Source of the DNA: a bacterium | GTDB lineage: Bacteria; Patescibacteriota; CPR2; UBA1875; JAJYID01 | Assembly: GCA_021796415.1 (NCBI GenBank) | Contig: JAJYJC010000001.1 | Coordinates: forward strand, 18,742-82,741 | Reading direction: 5' to 3' | DNA: 64,000 nt | Shown here: positions 29,963-40,039 of the stretch, piece by piece | Numbering within the stretch: the stretch's first letter is position 1 | How the letters are laid out: each line of letters starts with the position of its first letter | Made by a program: the position numbers and the translations under genes | The notes under the pieces: generated by a model | Seen by the model: only the letters and a program-made list of their open reading frames with translations | What the model was told of the DNA's origin: nothing | Databases searched by the model: none

Positions 29963-30436
29963 CTAATTTCCTTCTCCCTCTCCTATTATTTCTTTTAACT
30001 TTTCGTCGAGTTCTTTTTGTCTTTCTTTTTCTTCCTTTGCCGTTTCGGTTTTTGTTTTCTTTTGTGAAATTTTTGGTGCCTCGTCTTTCTTCGCCGGTGA
30101 CTCTTTTTTCATTGTTGTTTTCTTCTTCGTGGTTTCAGCCTTGACTTCTCGGCCTTCCACAACCAATACTATCATTTGACGGATAATCTCTTCTGAAAGC
30201 CGTAATAGCCTTTCAACTTCATTGATAGCGGCTGGGTCGATTTCTACAACCATATATTCATAAATCCCATATGTATTGTGCTTTATCTCATATGCTAGCT
30301 TTTTCTTCCCCCAGCTTTCTTCACTAAGAATTTTGCCTTTCCTGCCTTCAACGTCTTTTTTGACCTTTTCTGTAATTTTGGCGGTACTACCTTCAAGATC
30401 TGGGTGTATAATGTAGACGATTTCGTATTTTTTCAT
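29963..30436 (-). CDS. rpsF: 30S ribosomal protein S6
   Basis: MKKYEIVYII.P, WGKKKLAYEI; charged tail. Confidence 0.93.
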   Translation of the reverse strand: MKKYEIVYIIHPDLEGSTAKITEKVKKDVEGRKGKILSEESWGKKKLAYEIKHNTYGIYEYMVVEIDPAAINEVERLLRLSEEIIRQMIVLVVEGREVKAETTKKKTTMKKESPAKKDEAPKISQKKTKTETAKEEKERQKELDEKLKEIIGEGEGN

Positions 30437-30557
30437 TAAAAAAATTCCTTTCCACGGACCCTTATAGGGGCTTCTGGCTTTTAGCCGAAGCAAAAACGAA
30501 AATTATTTATTATTATTTAACTGTAGATATTATATAAAATTTAAGAATATAAGTCAA

Positions 30558-31085
30558 ATGCAAAAACTGTTCTCTGAGTTTAATAAAACGCTCGTTATCA
30601 GCCGGCAGGAAAAAGCCGCCATTGGTTTTTTGAAAAATGTGATACTCAACCCGGAAAACGGTAAAGCTGTGGGCATATCTTTCAAAACTCCCGATAGAGA
30701 CAATATGACATTGGTAGCAAGCACTTCGGCCATAGTGGGCACCGGGCTTAACTTTATAATGATCGACAAGATAGATTCAGTAGGTTCGCCCGATGAGATA
30801 ATAAGGGTGAAAGAGATTTTGGACAAGGGCATTGAACTGATTGATTCCAAAGTCATAGATGAAGATGGCAGAAATATGGGCAGAGTCAATAATTATTCCA
30901 TAAACCTTAAGACCTTAAGACTGCGCAGGTTGTATGTTTTAAGCTCAAGCCTTATAAAGATCATTGCGAAGGAAATCATTATCCCCGAAGAAGACATTAT
31001 AAAGATAGAGAAGAATAAAATTACCGTTAGAAGCGGCAAGATTAAGGCAGGTAAAAAAATCCCCGCTCTGGCGGAAGAGCCTTAA
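30558..31085 (+). CDS. PRC-barrel domain protein
   Basis: Two PRC-like units (V.DEDG..MGRV). Confidence 0.7.
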   Translation: MQKLFSEFNKTLVISRQEKAAIGFLKNVILNPENGKAVGISFKTPDRDNMTLVASTSAIVGTGLNFIMIDKIDSVGSPDEIIRVKEILDKGIELIDSKVIDEDGRNMGRVNNYSINLKTLRLRRLYVLSSSLIKIIAKEIIIPEEDIIKIEKNKITVRSGKIKAGKKIPALAEEP

Positions 31086-31152
31086 CCTAAAAACACCTCG
31101 ATTTAAGCGCAAAGAAATTATTGGATAGTATATTTTACTTTAGAATATTATA

Positions 31153-32172
31153 ATGAGTTCAATGGAGGACCATAGCACTAAACAAATAAACTTGGCGCTG
31201 TTGGGCAACTTTTTAGTGGCTGTTTTAAAATTTCTGGTTGCTGCCGTTTCCGGGTCTGCCGTAATGTTTTCGGAAGGATTGCATTCTGTTGCCGACACAG
31301 CAAATGAGGTATTTCTCCTTTTTGGTCTGAAAATGTCAGGCCGGCCGGCAAACAAGGAGCATCAGTTCGGTTTTGGCAAAGAAAGATTTTTTTGGAGCCT
31401 GATCGCTGCCTTTGGTATCTTGATAGTCGGCTGCGTGTTGTCTATTCAAAAGGGAATGAATGCGATACTTCACCCGGAGGAAATAAAGCTTATTCAGTGG
31501 CCGCTCCTTGTGATTATTATCTCAATCATCATCGAAGGATACACACTTTTTGTCACTTATCGTTTCCTGCACAAAACGAAAGGCAAGGCAAATCTCTTGA
31601 AATTTCTCGACGATTCATCTGAAACGGCTGTCATTACCGTTTTCTTCGAGGATACGGCGGCTGTTACCGGATTGATTATCGCGGCATGCGGCATCTTGCT
31701 CTCATACTTCTTCAGAACCTCGCTCTATGACGGCATCGCATCGGTTGCGATAGGCGTCCTTCTGGGGCTGGTTGCCATTTTTTTAGCCAATAAGAACAAG
31801 GATCTCCTAACCGATCAGGCGCATCTAACGATTAATAAAAGAGCAGGTGAAATTCTGATGAGACATCCTGCCGTGGAAAAATTCCATGATCTTCGCACTA
31901 TAATTTTCGGACCAAAACACGTTGTGGTGGTTTCAGATGTCGAGTTTAAGGAAGAATTTATATATGATAATATCGAGAATGATCCGGGGAAAGACCGAAA
32001 GGAGTATACGGAAGAAGTCATTAAAACAATCGGAGATCTCACTGACCAGCTGGAAGCACAGATAAGGAATGCCTGCCCGGAAGTCAAAGAAATTTACCTC
32101 GAAGTTGAGCAGGGTAAGGCTTTGACACTAGGTAATAATATCTCAACATTGAATCAAAAGAATACAACCTAA
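31153..32172 (+). CDS. Cation diffusion facilitator transporter
   Basis: SEGLHSVADT, H.FGFGKE, EDTAA. Confidence 0.9.
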   Translation: MSSMEDHSTKQINLALLGNFLVAVLKFLVAAVSGSAVMFSEGLHSVADTANEVFLLFGLKMSGRPANKEHQFGFGKERFFWSLIAAFGILIVGCVLSIQKGMNAILHPEEIKLIQWPLLVIIISIIIEGYTLFVTYRFLHKTKGKANLLKFLDDSSETAVITVFFEDTAAVTGLIIAACGILLSYFFRTSLYDGIASVAIGVLLGLVAIFLANKNKDLLTDQAHLTINKRAGEILMRHPAVEKFHDLRTIIFGPKHVVVVSDVEFKEEFIYDNIENDPGKDRKEYTEEVIKTIGDLTDQLEAQIRNACPEVKEIYLEVEQGKALTLGNNISTLNQKNTT

Positions 32173-32179
32173 AAAGCAC

Positions 32180-32208
32180 TTGACAGTGGATAGTATAAGG
32201 AGTATCAT
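32180..32208 (+). promoter_or_regulatory. sigma70 promoter
   Basis: TTGACA-17-TATCAT. Confidence 0.7.
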
Positions 32209-32239
32209 TTGTTGCGTCGTCTTAAAAGAGAGGATGTTG

Positions 32240-32302
32240 ATGTTGACAATAGTTTTGTGGGTAATCGCCCTTGGCTTTACCTACGGTGTAATAGCACGAT
32301 AA
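32240..32302 (+). CDS. Unannotated 20-aa hydrophobic peptide
   Basis: MLTIVLWVIALGFTYGVIAR*; own promoter, RBS GAGAGG, terminator. Confidence 0.6.
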   Translation: MLTIVLWVIALGFTYGVIAR

Positions 32303-32420
32303 AAAAGTTCCCCGAAAGGGAATTTTTTTATTTCCGGAGCAAAAAATCTTAAGTCTCTTCAATAAAACTAAAGTAGTTTGTTTAATATATCTAAAAGTTC
32401 GAACCTGCTATGGTCCATCA

Positions 32421-33023
32421 TTAAATATTCATTTCAATGACAACCTTTTTAAAAATATCGTACGAAAAACCTCTCCGGGATAGGTTCTCATAGAGCTTTT
32501 GTTTTTTTGTTTGTGAATCTTCTTTTTCGTATTTTTTCAGAACCTTCTCAGCAGCTTTTTTTGCATTCTCCAACTCTATTGCATCATCCTTTTCCTGAAT
32601 TACTTGTTCAATAGTCTCCTTATCAATGCCTTTTTTTTGAAGCTCAAGTCGCACTAATCTTTTGCCTTTCTTGCTATCTTCGGCAAAATGTTGCGCAAAT
32701 TCCTTGTCATTTAAAAGGCCCGATTTTTCTAACCGGCAAATAACCTTATCAATTATCGGTTTTTCAAAGTTTTTACTCAGCTTTTGTCTCATTTCACCCG
32801 AACTATTCGCCCGGTATGAAAGTATCAGCAGGCTTCTATCAAATGCTTTCGACTCCGGGTCCTTTTCTTTCAGCTCTTGAATTTGTTTCTCTGATAATTT
32901 CTCATTTTCCTGTAATCCAGAGTCTTCAAGTGTTCTTCTTGCCAGCGAAAATCTATAAACGCCATCGAGATAGATGTTGCATCTATCTCGCTTGGACTGT
33001 TTTTCTATTTTGGTGATTTTCAT
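32421..33023 (-). CDS. recX: Regulatory protein RecX
   Basis: MKITKIEKQ, LSYRA.S..E...KL, LND..FA, RRGFSY. Confidence 0.88.
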   Translation of the reverse strand: MKITKIEKQSKRDRCNIYLDGVYRFSLARRTLEDSGLQENEKLSEKQIQELKEKDPESKAFDRSLLILSYRANSSGEMRQKLSKNFEKPIIDKVICRLEKSGLLNDKEFAQHFAEDSKKGKRLVRLELQKKGIDKETIEQVIQEKDDAIELENAKKAAEKVLKKYEKEDSQTKKQKLYENLSRRGFSYDIFKKVVIEMNI

Positions 33024-33041
33024 TCTAAGCTCCCGAGTGGC

Positions 33042-33384
33042 GTCATTCTGGCTTGGCCAGAATCTATCTAAGAATTTCTCCATACAAATCCTTAAATTCA
33101 GGATTTTCCTTTCTGATTAAATCCAATTTGTCTCTTCTGTTCATGTCTTTAATTTGTTTCTCTCGAACAATAGCTTTTATAGCTGTATCAAATACCTCAA
33201 AATAAACTAATTTATGAATATGATACCTTTTCGTAAATCCTTCAACCAGCTCATTTTTATGCTGGTAAACCCTTTTTCTGAGGTCATTAGCTATACCGGC
33301 GTAGAGCGTTGGTCTTTCGTTTGTCATAATATATGTGAAGTATTGTTTATTCATAGGCTTTGATTCTGGCCAAGCCAGAATGAC
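33042..33384. mobile_element. REP-GIY-YIG-REP unit 5 between recA and recX
   Basis: Perfect inverted GTCATTCTGGCTTGGCCAGAATC at 33042-33064 and 33362-33384. Confidence 0.82.
33064..33354 (-). CDS. GIY-YIG endonuclease (divergent paralog)
   Basis: YFTYIM..LYAGI..RVYQHK..REKQIK..NP. Confidence 0.9.
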   Translation of the reverse strand: MNKQYFTYIMTNERPTLYAGIANDLRKRVYQHKNELVEGFTKRYHIHKLVYFEVFDTAIKAIVREKQIKDMNRRDKLDLIRKENPEFKDLYGEILR

Positions 33385-33409
33385 GAGAAGGAAGGATGCT
33401 TAGGTCTAG

Positions 33410-34414
33410 TTACTTCTTTACCGGAAAGTATTTGTCTCGTAAAACTTTTTCAAGTTCTGAGAATACTTTTTCATTATCTTTCAAGAACTGCTTGGCCGCT
33501 TCTCTGCCTTGCCCGATTTTCTTGTCCTTATATTCATACCAAGCTCCGCTTTTTTTAATAAGGTCGTCCTTTACCGCCAAGTCTAGGAGGTCGCCGTATT
33601 TTGATATACCTTCGTTATACATCACATCAAATTCCGCCGATCTAAATGGCGGCGCAACCTTATTTTTTACTACTTTTACCATCACGTGGTTTCCGATAAC
33701 GGTATCTCCGTCTTTGATCTGCTCTTTTCTGCGGATATCCATTCTGACCGAGGAGTAGAATTTTAGGGCATTCCCGCCGGTTGTTACCTCTGGATTTCCA
33801 AACATGACACCTATTTTCATTCTCAACTGATTAATGAAAACTAGAGTGGTATTTGACTTTGATGTCGCTCCTGTTAGTTTTCTTAGAGCCTGTGACATAA
33901 GCCGAGCCTGAAGGCCGAGGTGAGAATCCCCCATTTCCCCTTCTATTTCATTTTTTGGCACAAGAGCCGCTACAGAATCTACAACAACCACATCAACAGC
34001 ATTCGAGCGGACTAAGGTTTCTGTAATTTCGAGAGCCTGTTCCGCCGTATCAGGCTGAGAAACAAGCAACTTATCAATGTTTACCCCAATGTTTTTGGCA
34101 TACTCGGTATCCAGAGCATGTTCTGCGTCAATGAAAGCGGCCACTCCGCCCTTCCTTTGGGCCTCACTTACGATGTGGTATGCAAGCGTTGTTTTTCCGC
34201 TGGATTCAGGACCATATATTTCGATAACCCTTCCTCGCGGTACACCGCCGACACCGAGCGCAATATCTAGTGACAGCGACCCGGTCGGTATAACCTGCAC
34301 ATTTTGAGTCCCGGCATCACCGAGCTTCATTATAGAACCCTTACCAAACTGCTTTTCAATCTGATCTACGGCCATCTGAATGGCTTGCGTTTTCCCTGAT
34401 TTTTCGTCTGTCAT
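33410..34414 (-). CDS. recA: Recombinase RecA
   Basis: [27 protein letters not shown]. Confidence 0.99.
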   Translation of the reverse strand: MTDEKSGKTQAIQMAVDQIEKQFGKGSIMKLGDAGTQNVQVIPTGSLSLDIALGVGGVPRGRVIEIYGPESSGKTTLAYHIVSEAQRKGGVAAFIDAEHALDTEYAKNIGVNIDKLLVSQPDTAEQALEITETLVRSNAVDVVVVDSVAALVPKNEIEGEMGDSHLGLQARLMSQALRKLTGATSKSNTTLVFINQLRMKIGVMFGNPEVTTGGNALKFYSSVRMDIRRKEQIKDGDTVIGNHVMVKVVKNKVAPPFRSAEFDVMYNEGISKYGDLLDLAVKDDLIKKSGAWYEYKDKKIGQGREAAKQFLKDNEKVFSELEKVLRDKYFPVKK

Positions 34415-34447
34415 TTCTTCCTCCTTTTGTAACTAATTACTAATATT

Positions 34448-34913
34448 AAACGAATCTACAAATATTACGAATTGTATACTAATCGCTCAAGTTAAGAATT
34501 CTTTTAAATCTTACTTCATCAGGACCAAAATTTACCAAGATTCCAAGTTTTAATCCTGTGGTTCTCAAATATTCACTTATCTGTTTTACACTAGCCCTAT
34601 TAAGTCTATTTCCTGCTTTCAGCTCTATAATTATTTTGTCTTCTATTAAGAAGTCAAGGAAGCGGCTACCAACTTTTTCGCCCTTAAAGTAAATCGGGCA
34701 ATGAATCTGTCTCGTATAGTTTAAAGCTGCTTCCTTAAAGGCCAATTCCAAAGAATCTTCATAGGATTTTTCTCGCAGCCCGGGCCCCAATTCATTATGC
34801 ACTTTGAACATCAATCCTATTAGCTTGTAGGAAAGTTCAGGATAAGCTATTTCTTTTCTAATAGTTGTATTTATAAACATTGATTTGTTTTTGTAATATT
34901 TGTAGATTCGTTT
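34448..34913. mobile_element. GxxExxY gene bracketed by perfect 21-bp inverted repeats
   Basis: AAACGAATCTACAAATATTAC (34448-34468) / GTAATATTTGTAGATTCGTTT (34893-34913). Confidence 0.65.
34479..34880 (-). CDS. GxxExxY protein (PD-(D/E)XK-like)
   Basis: LGPGLREKSY, DFLIEDKIIIELK, GILVNFG. Confidence 0.9.
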   Translation of the reverse strand: MFINTTIRKEIAYPELSYKLIGLMFKVHNELGPGLREKSYEDSLELAFKEAALNYTRQIHCPIYFKGEKVGSRFLDFLIEDKIIIELKAGNRLNRASVKQISEYLRTTGLKLGILVNFGPDEVRFKRILNLSD

Positions 34914-34936
34914 GGCTTTGTAATTCGTTACAAGAT

Positions 34937-35329
34937 TTATTTTGCGAATTTTAAATTAAATAAGTATTGTTCTTTGACCTTATTTCTTTTCTCAACCTTG
35001 ATCAATCCTTCGAGCAATCTGATCAAAAGGTCCCCTTGGGTTTTTATCATTTTGTAGCTGGCTAAGGTTATCCTATTGTATTCCTTAAACAGCCTGGCAT
35101 AAAACAAGACATTTTCACAAAGCTTTATCGCTTTTCTGTAACACTCAATTCTTTCTTTTTCGTTATAGCATTCATAACTCATGGAAACCAGTGATGTTAT
35201 CTCGACCGAATCCTCTCTCATTGCTTCCAGAAAATTACTGTATTTTTTAATCTTTTTTGTTTTTGATTCCACCAGCGCAAAAAATTCGTTGGCTTTTTTG
35301 ATGATTTGCACTTCGATATACTCTCTCAT
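34937..35329 (-). CDS. Divergent four-helix-bundle-like protein
   Basis: Helical pattern resembles IVP/four-helix family (..KKANEF.., ..LLEGLIK). Confidence 0.45.
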   Translation of the reverse strand: MREYIEVQIIKKANEFFALVESKTKKIKKYSNFLEAMREDSVEITSLVSMSYECYNEKERIECYRKAIKLCENVLFYARLFKEYNRITLASYKMIKTQGDLLIRLLEGLIKVEKRNKVKEQYLFNLKFAK

Positions 35330-35345
35330 GGCTCGCTCCCTTGCG

Positions 35346-35981
35346 TTACTCTTTAAAATTTTTAATAACCCCTATCACCTTTCCCTGGATCATAAATGTG
35401 CCAGGTTCCGGAATAATAGTCTTGTGATCTTTGTTCGAGCTCATCGGCTCAAACATCGCCTTGCCCTTATCGGTTCGCAGTTTTTTGACTGTTGCTTCCG
35501 TCCCAATCAAAACAACTACCTTGTCACCGTTCTCAGCATGGCTTGTCTTTCGAAAAACAATATAGTCGCCATCATCGATACCGGCAAGGTTCATGGAATC
35601 GCCTTTTGCCGTCAGCATAAAGACGTCTTGCGCTCTTTTGACCAGTTTGGTTGAAAGGGGAATCCAATCCTCAATCATTTCCTCGGCATATATCGGCATA
35701 CCGCAGGCAACCCGGCCGACAAGAGGGACATTGACCACGCCTTCATTTTCGGCAACCGGCTTTCGCCCATCTAATATGACAATTCCTCTGGCTTGGTTCT
35801 CCAATCTTCGAATTTGCCCTTTGCTTTCAAGCGCTCTTAAGTGGGAAACAACTCCCATCGGAGAAGAACAGCCGATCTTTTCCTGCAATTCCCGCACTGT
35901 CGGCGCACCGCCGGTTTTATCGACGGATTCCTTAATCCAGCTAAGGACTTTCTTTTGTTTGTCAGTTAATTCTTTTGCCAT
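35346..35981 (-). CDS. lexA: SOS repressor LexA
   Basis: PTVRE wHTH, VACGMP cleavage site, GDSM, ATVKK. Confidence 0.95.
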   Translation of the reverse strand: MAKELTDKQKKVLSWIKESVDKTGGAPTVRELQEKIGCSSPMGVVSHLRALESKGQIRRLENQARGIVILDGRKPVAENEGVVNVPLVGRVACGMPIYAEEMIEDWIPLSTKLVKRAQDVFMLTAKGDSMNLAGIDDGDYIVFRKTSHAENGDKVVVLIGTEATVKKLRTDKGKAMFEPMSSNKDHKTIIPEPGTFMIQGKVIGVIKNFKE

Positions 35982-36175
35982 GATTGTCTCCGTTTTAATT
36001 GTTGTAAATGTTTTAGCTGTTCTAAATGTTATAATACTATACAGCTTAATTATTTTGTATAGTGTAAGTGTATACTATAACTTATCCACAGGTCAAGGGT
36101 TTTGTATAGTATAAACGAGTATACAAAATGAAAAAGAACCTCAGCTAGGCTCTTTTTCTGTCAGTGTTTTTTTAT

Positions 36176-37957
36176 TTAGACTTCGATAATCACCGAGATG
36201 ACCATCGGGCTGCGCTTGGTGTGTTGATAGAGGAACGAGCTGACATGATCGCGAATCTTAACCTTCATGTTTGCCCAGTTCGGCAATGGCTCGCCTTCCC
36301 GCCGTGACATCATCCTTTTGACTTCATTGCGCGCGTTATTGACCAACTGTTCGTTCTCGCGCATATAGATGAAGCCGCGGGAAATAATGTCCGGACTCGT
36401 AAGCAGCCGTCCGGTTTTTTTATCAACCGTGCAAATGACCACAAATATGCCTTCTGTCGCCATAACCTTGCGATCACGCAGGACTATTTCGCCGACATCG
36501 CCGATGCCAAGCCCGTCTACCAACACTACGCCGTTTTGAACTTTCTTCTCAGCTTTGGCCACCCGTCCGTTTGCAATTTCCAGAACATCACCGTTATCGC
36601 AAACAAAGGTGTTCTCGACCGGAATACCGACGCTTTGAGCAAGCTCGGCGTGATGAACTAGGTGATGCACCTCGCCGTGCCAGGGGATTAGATACTTTGG
36701 ATGCACAAGCTCAATCATAAGCTTCAGCTCTTCCTGTCCCGGATGTCCGGTCACATGAGTTCTGGAGCCGTTTTTCTCGTCAAAAACTACTTCTGCGCCC
36801 CGCCTAAAAAGATCATCTATGACAGTAGTGATGGCTGACTCATTGCCCGGAATGGGAGAAGATGAGAATACCACTGTATCGCCTCTTTTAATCTTGATCT
36901 GTTTGTGTTCGCCTCGAGCCATTCGTGATAATGCAGACATCGACTCGCCTTGAGAGCCCGTACTCATAACTGACACCTGATTGTCGGCGTATTTGCCGAT
37001 GTCTTGGATTTTTATAACCGTATCTTGCGGAATTTTTAAATATCCAAGCCGGACTGCCACCTCCACATTCTTAAGCAAGCTTCTGCCCGAGAAGGCGAGC
37101 TTCCTCTTGTGCGCTTTTGCGGCATTTATAATGAGTTGAATCCTGTTTATCTGGGATGAGAAAGACGCGATGATAATTCTGCCCGTGGCTCGATCAAAAA
37201 TCTTGTCAAATGTTACCGCCAGCTCTTTCTCGCTGATGGAATATCCCGGCACCTCAGCGTTGGTTGAGTCCGAAAACATCGCCAAGACACCTTTCTCTCC
37301 GAGAGCCGAGAGCTTTGGAATGTCGGTTTTGCGCCCGTCGACAGGGGAGTGGTCAAATCGAAAGTCTCCGGTGTAGAAAACCCGGCCGGCTGGAGTATTT
37401 ATAACCACGCCAACCGCATCGGGAATGGAGTGAGCCACGCGCACCCATTCGATTTCGAATGCGCCAAGTTTCAACTTGTCCTTGTCCGGATCAATGACGT
37501 TTAATTTTAGACCTTTGTAAGGGTGTTCCGCCATTTTGGCTTCAATTAAACCGCAGGTTAGTTTCGGCGCGTAAATCGGCGCATTTATTTGCGGCATTAT
37601 AAACGGAATAGCGCCGATGTGATCTTCGTGTCCGTGCGTGATCAAGACACCGCGGATTTTGTCCTTTTTATCCTGCAGATAAGAGATGTCGGGTATGAGG
37701 TAATCAATGCCAAGCATGTCCCCGTCAGGGAAGTTAAATCCCATATCGACGATAATTATGTCGTTTTCGTACTCATAAACAGTCATGTTTTTGCCGACCT
37801 CGCCCAAACCGCCGAGGGGAATGACTTTCAAGACGCCTTTCCCTGGTCTGGCTTGAGCAGAGCTTTGCATCACTGATTCGTTTTTTGTCTTTATATTTTT
37901 GTTTTTGAGCGACGCGTCATATGGCGTCTGTTTTCTTTGCTTTGTCTTTGCGTTCAT
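36176..37957 (-). CDS. rnj: Ribonuclease J
   Basis: PLGGLGEVGKN, THGHEDHIG, TGSQGE. Confidence 0.96.
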   Translation of the reverse strand: MNAKTKQRKQTPYDASLKNKNIKTKNESVMQSSAQARPGKGVLKVIPLGGLGEVGKNMTVYEYENDIIIVDMGFNFPDGDMLGIDYLIPDISYLQDKKDKIRGVLITHGHEDHIGAIPFIMPQINAPIYAPKLTCGLIEAKMAEHPYKGLKLNVIDPDKDKLKLGAFEIEWVRVAHSIPDAVGVVINTPAGRVFYTGDFRFDHSPVDGRKTDIPKLSALGEKGVLAMFSDSTNAEVPGYSISEKELAVTFDKIFDRATGRIIIASFSSQINRIQLIINAAKAHKRKLAFSGRSLLKNVEVAVRLGYLKIPQDTVIKIQDIGKYADNQVSVMSTGSQGESMSALSRMARGEHKQIKIKRGDTVVFSSSPIPGNESAITTVIDDLFRRGAEVVFDEKNGSRTHVTGHPGQEELKLMIELVHPKYLIPWHGEVHHLVHHAELAQSVGIPVENTFVCDNGDVLEIANGRVAKAEKKVQNGVVLVDGLGIGDVGEIVLRDRKVMATEGIFVVICTVDKKTGRLLTSPDIISRGFIYMRENEQLVNNARNEVKRMMSRREGEPLPNWANMKVKIRDHVSSFLYQHTKRSPMVISVIIEV

Positions 37958-38064
37958 TTTGTTGTAATTTTCTCCTTTTTACCCCGAGTATTTGGGGTCT
38001 GCCCCGAACAATCACCGAGGACTTTGAGTTCTTTAATTAATATTAGTTTTTAATAATTTACCTT

Positions 38065-38153
38065 GTCATTCTGAAACATGACTTAAGAATCTATATAATA
38101 AATGCTGGATTCCGGATCCCCGCCTGCCGGACGGGCAGGAAGTCCGGAATGAC
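38065..38153. repeat. REP doublet with 21-bp insert
   Basis: TGGATTCCGGATC[38119-38139]AAGTCCGGAATGAC. Confidence 0.88.
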
Positions 38154-38162
38154 CGCGATTTG

Positions 38163-38921
38163 TCAAATTAATTTTTGTTGTTTAGGTTGATTGTCATTAT
38201 TATTTAAATTTTCTTCTTCAATTCTCTTCAGAATCTTGGGGATTTTATTGAAATCTGCTTGCAGTGTTTTCTTCATGCTTCCGTTATAAAGCGCGACTGC
38301 GGGATGATATAGTGCCAAAAATACTTGTTTTCGGCCACCCTTTGCCTGCCCCACACTTGAAATAGTGCGTGGGTCATTCTCATCCCCCCCTTTGTCATCC
38401 CCGCCTTCTCTTTTGTCATTCCCGCGCAGGCGGGAATCCAGTCCTTCAAAATGCAATTCCTTGCGAAATGCATTGCCATGAGCCTTTGAAATCTGTAATG
38501 ACGGGAAAAATCTGTTCATGGCATGCCGGCCTAGAAATACGATTAACTTTGGATCAATAAGTTCAATTTGCTTTTTCAAATACGGCCAGCACATTTGCGC
38601 CTCTTCCGGCAATGGATCGCGGTTGTTCGGCGGCCTGTGCTTCAAAACATTTGCTATGTAGACATCTTTTCGCTGCCAGCCTAAGCTTTGAATCAATTCA
38701 GTTAGAAGCTGTCCCGCTCGGCCGACAAATGGTTCGCCTTGCTGGTCTTCATCCTTGCCCGGCGCCTCGCCGATAAACATGACGTCAGCCGTTTCGCTGC
38801 CGACTCCCGGCACATCCTTGGTTTTTGTCTTAAACAGCGAACATCGCTCGCAAGCAGAAATAAGCTTATTCAAAGCCGAAATACTATCAGCACCTAAAAT
38901 ATCCTCGTCAGTTATTTTCAT
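38163..38921 (-). CDS. Uracil-DNA glycosylase family 4 with in-frame REP insertion
   Basis: C..C.L, GEAPG, PFVGRAG, YHPA. Confidence 0.92.
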   Translation of the reverse strand: MKITDEDILGADSISALNKLISACERCSLFKTKTKDVPGVGSETADVMFIGEAPGKDEDQQGEPFVGRAGQLLTELIQSLGWQRKDVYIANVLKHRPPNNRDPLPEEAQMCWPYLKKQIELIDPKLIVFLGRHAMNRFFPSLQISKAHGNAFRKELHFEGLDSRLRGNDKREGGDDKGGDENDPRTISSVGQAKGGRKQVFLALYHPAVALYNGSMKKTLQADFNKIPKILKRIEEENLNNNDNQPKQQKLI

Positions 38922-39067
38922 TTTGTTTGTCAGCGTAAATCCGCGTATATTCCGCGTGAATCTGCGAATTATTTATTAGAGAACTTCAAAACGTTGGCTC
39001 AAGTATAGCAAATTCAAAGGTATATGTCAATGACATTTCTGCCCGCAATGGGACAGTTTCTTGGCAG

Positions 39068-40039
39068 CTAAATCTCGCTGATTATTTCAAACCCTTTGAA
39101 ACTCCCCGTGATTGCCAGGCCAATAATTTTGCCTTTTACGAGACCTTTTTGGCGAATCTTCTTAGCCGTTTCATTCAAAGTCGCTCCTGAGCCAACGGCA
39201 TCATCTATCAGAAGCACATTTTCATAAACCCCGCTATCTTCCACCACGATCGTTTCGCGGGCATTTGCCACCCTATCTTCAATTTTATTCAATGTCTTTT
39301 GCGGCACAATGATGGGAGTTTTGACCTTTGTGATTGAGAGCCTTCGCATGTCCAAACTCAAATGTTTTTCCAACTGCTTCATCAGCTGAAGTTCTCTTTT
39401 GACCGTCGGCGGAATAAATCCCACGCCGTCAATTTTATAGTCTTTAATCAGTTTCAAAATAGCGGGCTTCACCATATCTGCAATTTCATTGATCATTTGC
39501 CTATCCTGGCTTTGTTTTGCAAAAAGCAGCAGCTGCCCTAGCTTGGTTTTGCCAAATATTTCAAGGCTGTAAAAATCCAGATAGAAGACGCGATCGAGAG
39601 CTACATCGCGAAATGTAGATTTCATCTTGTACATGCCGTCAATCAGGCCGTTTTTTCTGTATTTTTCGTAGTATTTAAGCTTTGAGATATAAGTTTGCGC
39701 CATTTTTACCGTATCCAAACCTCGTTCTTGGCACCAATAAGCAAACCCTTCCCAGCCGCTCATCATTGCACCAAGCGGAGTAATATAGAGGAAATTCCTG
39801 TCAATAATCTTTTTAGCCGCTTCATCAATGGCAATGCCATCGGCCGTGAACTCAGCTTTTTGGGAAATAGAATAGAAAACCTTCGGCGGCTTGCCGGATT
39901 TAGTGATTTGACCGTTTTCAAGCAATTTTCTCAAAATCTTGTGCGTCGCCTGCCTGGAAATACCCAAATATTCCGTAAGTTCATTAACGGTTGTTTGATT
40001 TCTCTCAAGATGTTTAATTATTTTTTCTGAATTATTCAT
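39068..40039 (-). CDS. wHTH-phosphoribosyltransferase fusion
   Basis: N-terminal HTH (LGISRQATHK); LLIDDAVGSGATL PRPP motif. Confidence 0.75.
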   Translation of the reverse strand: MNNSEKIIKHLERNQTTVNELTEYLGISRQATHKILRKLLENGQITKSGKPPKVFYSISQKAEFTADGIAIDEAAKKIIDRNFLYITPLGAMMSGWEGFAYWCQERGLDTVKMAQTYISKLKYYEKYRKNGLIDGMYKMKSTFRDVALDRVFYLDFYSLEIFGKTKLGQLLLFAKQSQDRQMINEIADMVKPAILKLIKDYKIDGVGFIPPTVKRELQLMKQLEKHLSLDMRRLSITKVKTPIIVPQKTLNKIEDRVANARETIVVEDSGVYENVLLIDDAVGSGATLNETAKKIRQKGLVKGKIIGLAITGSFKGFEIISEI

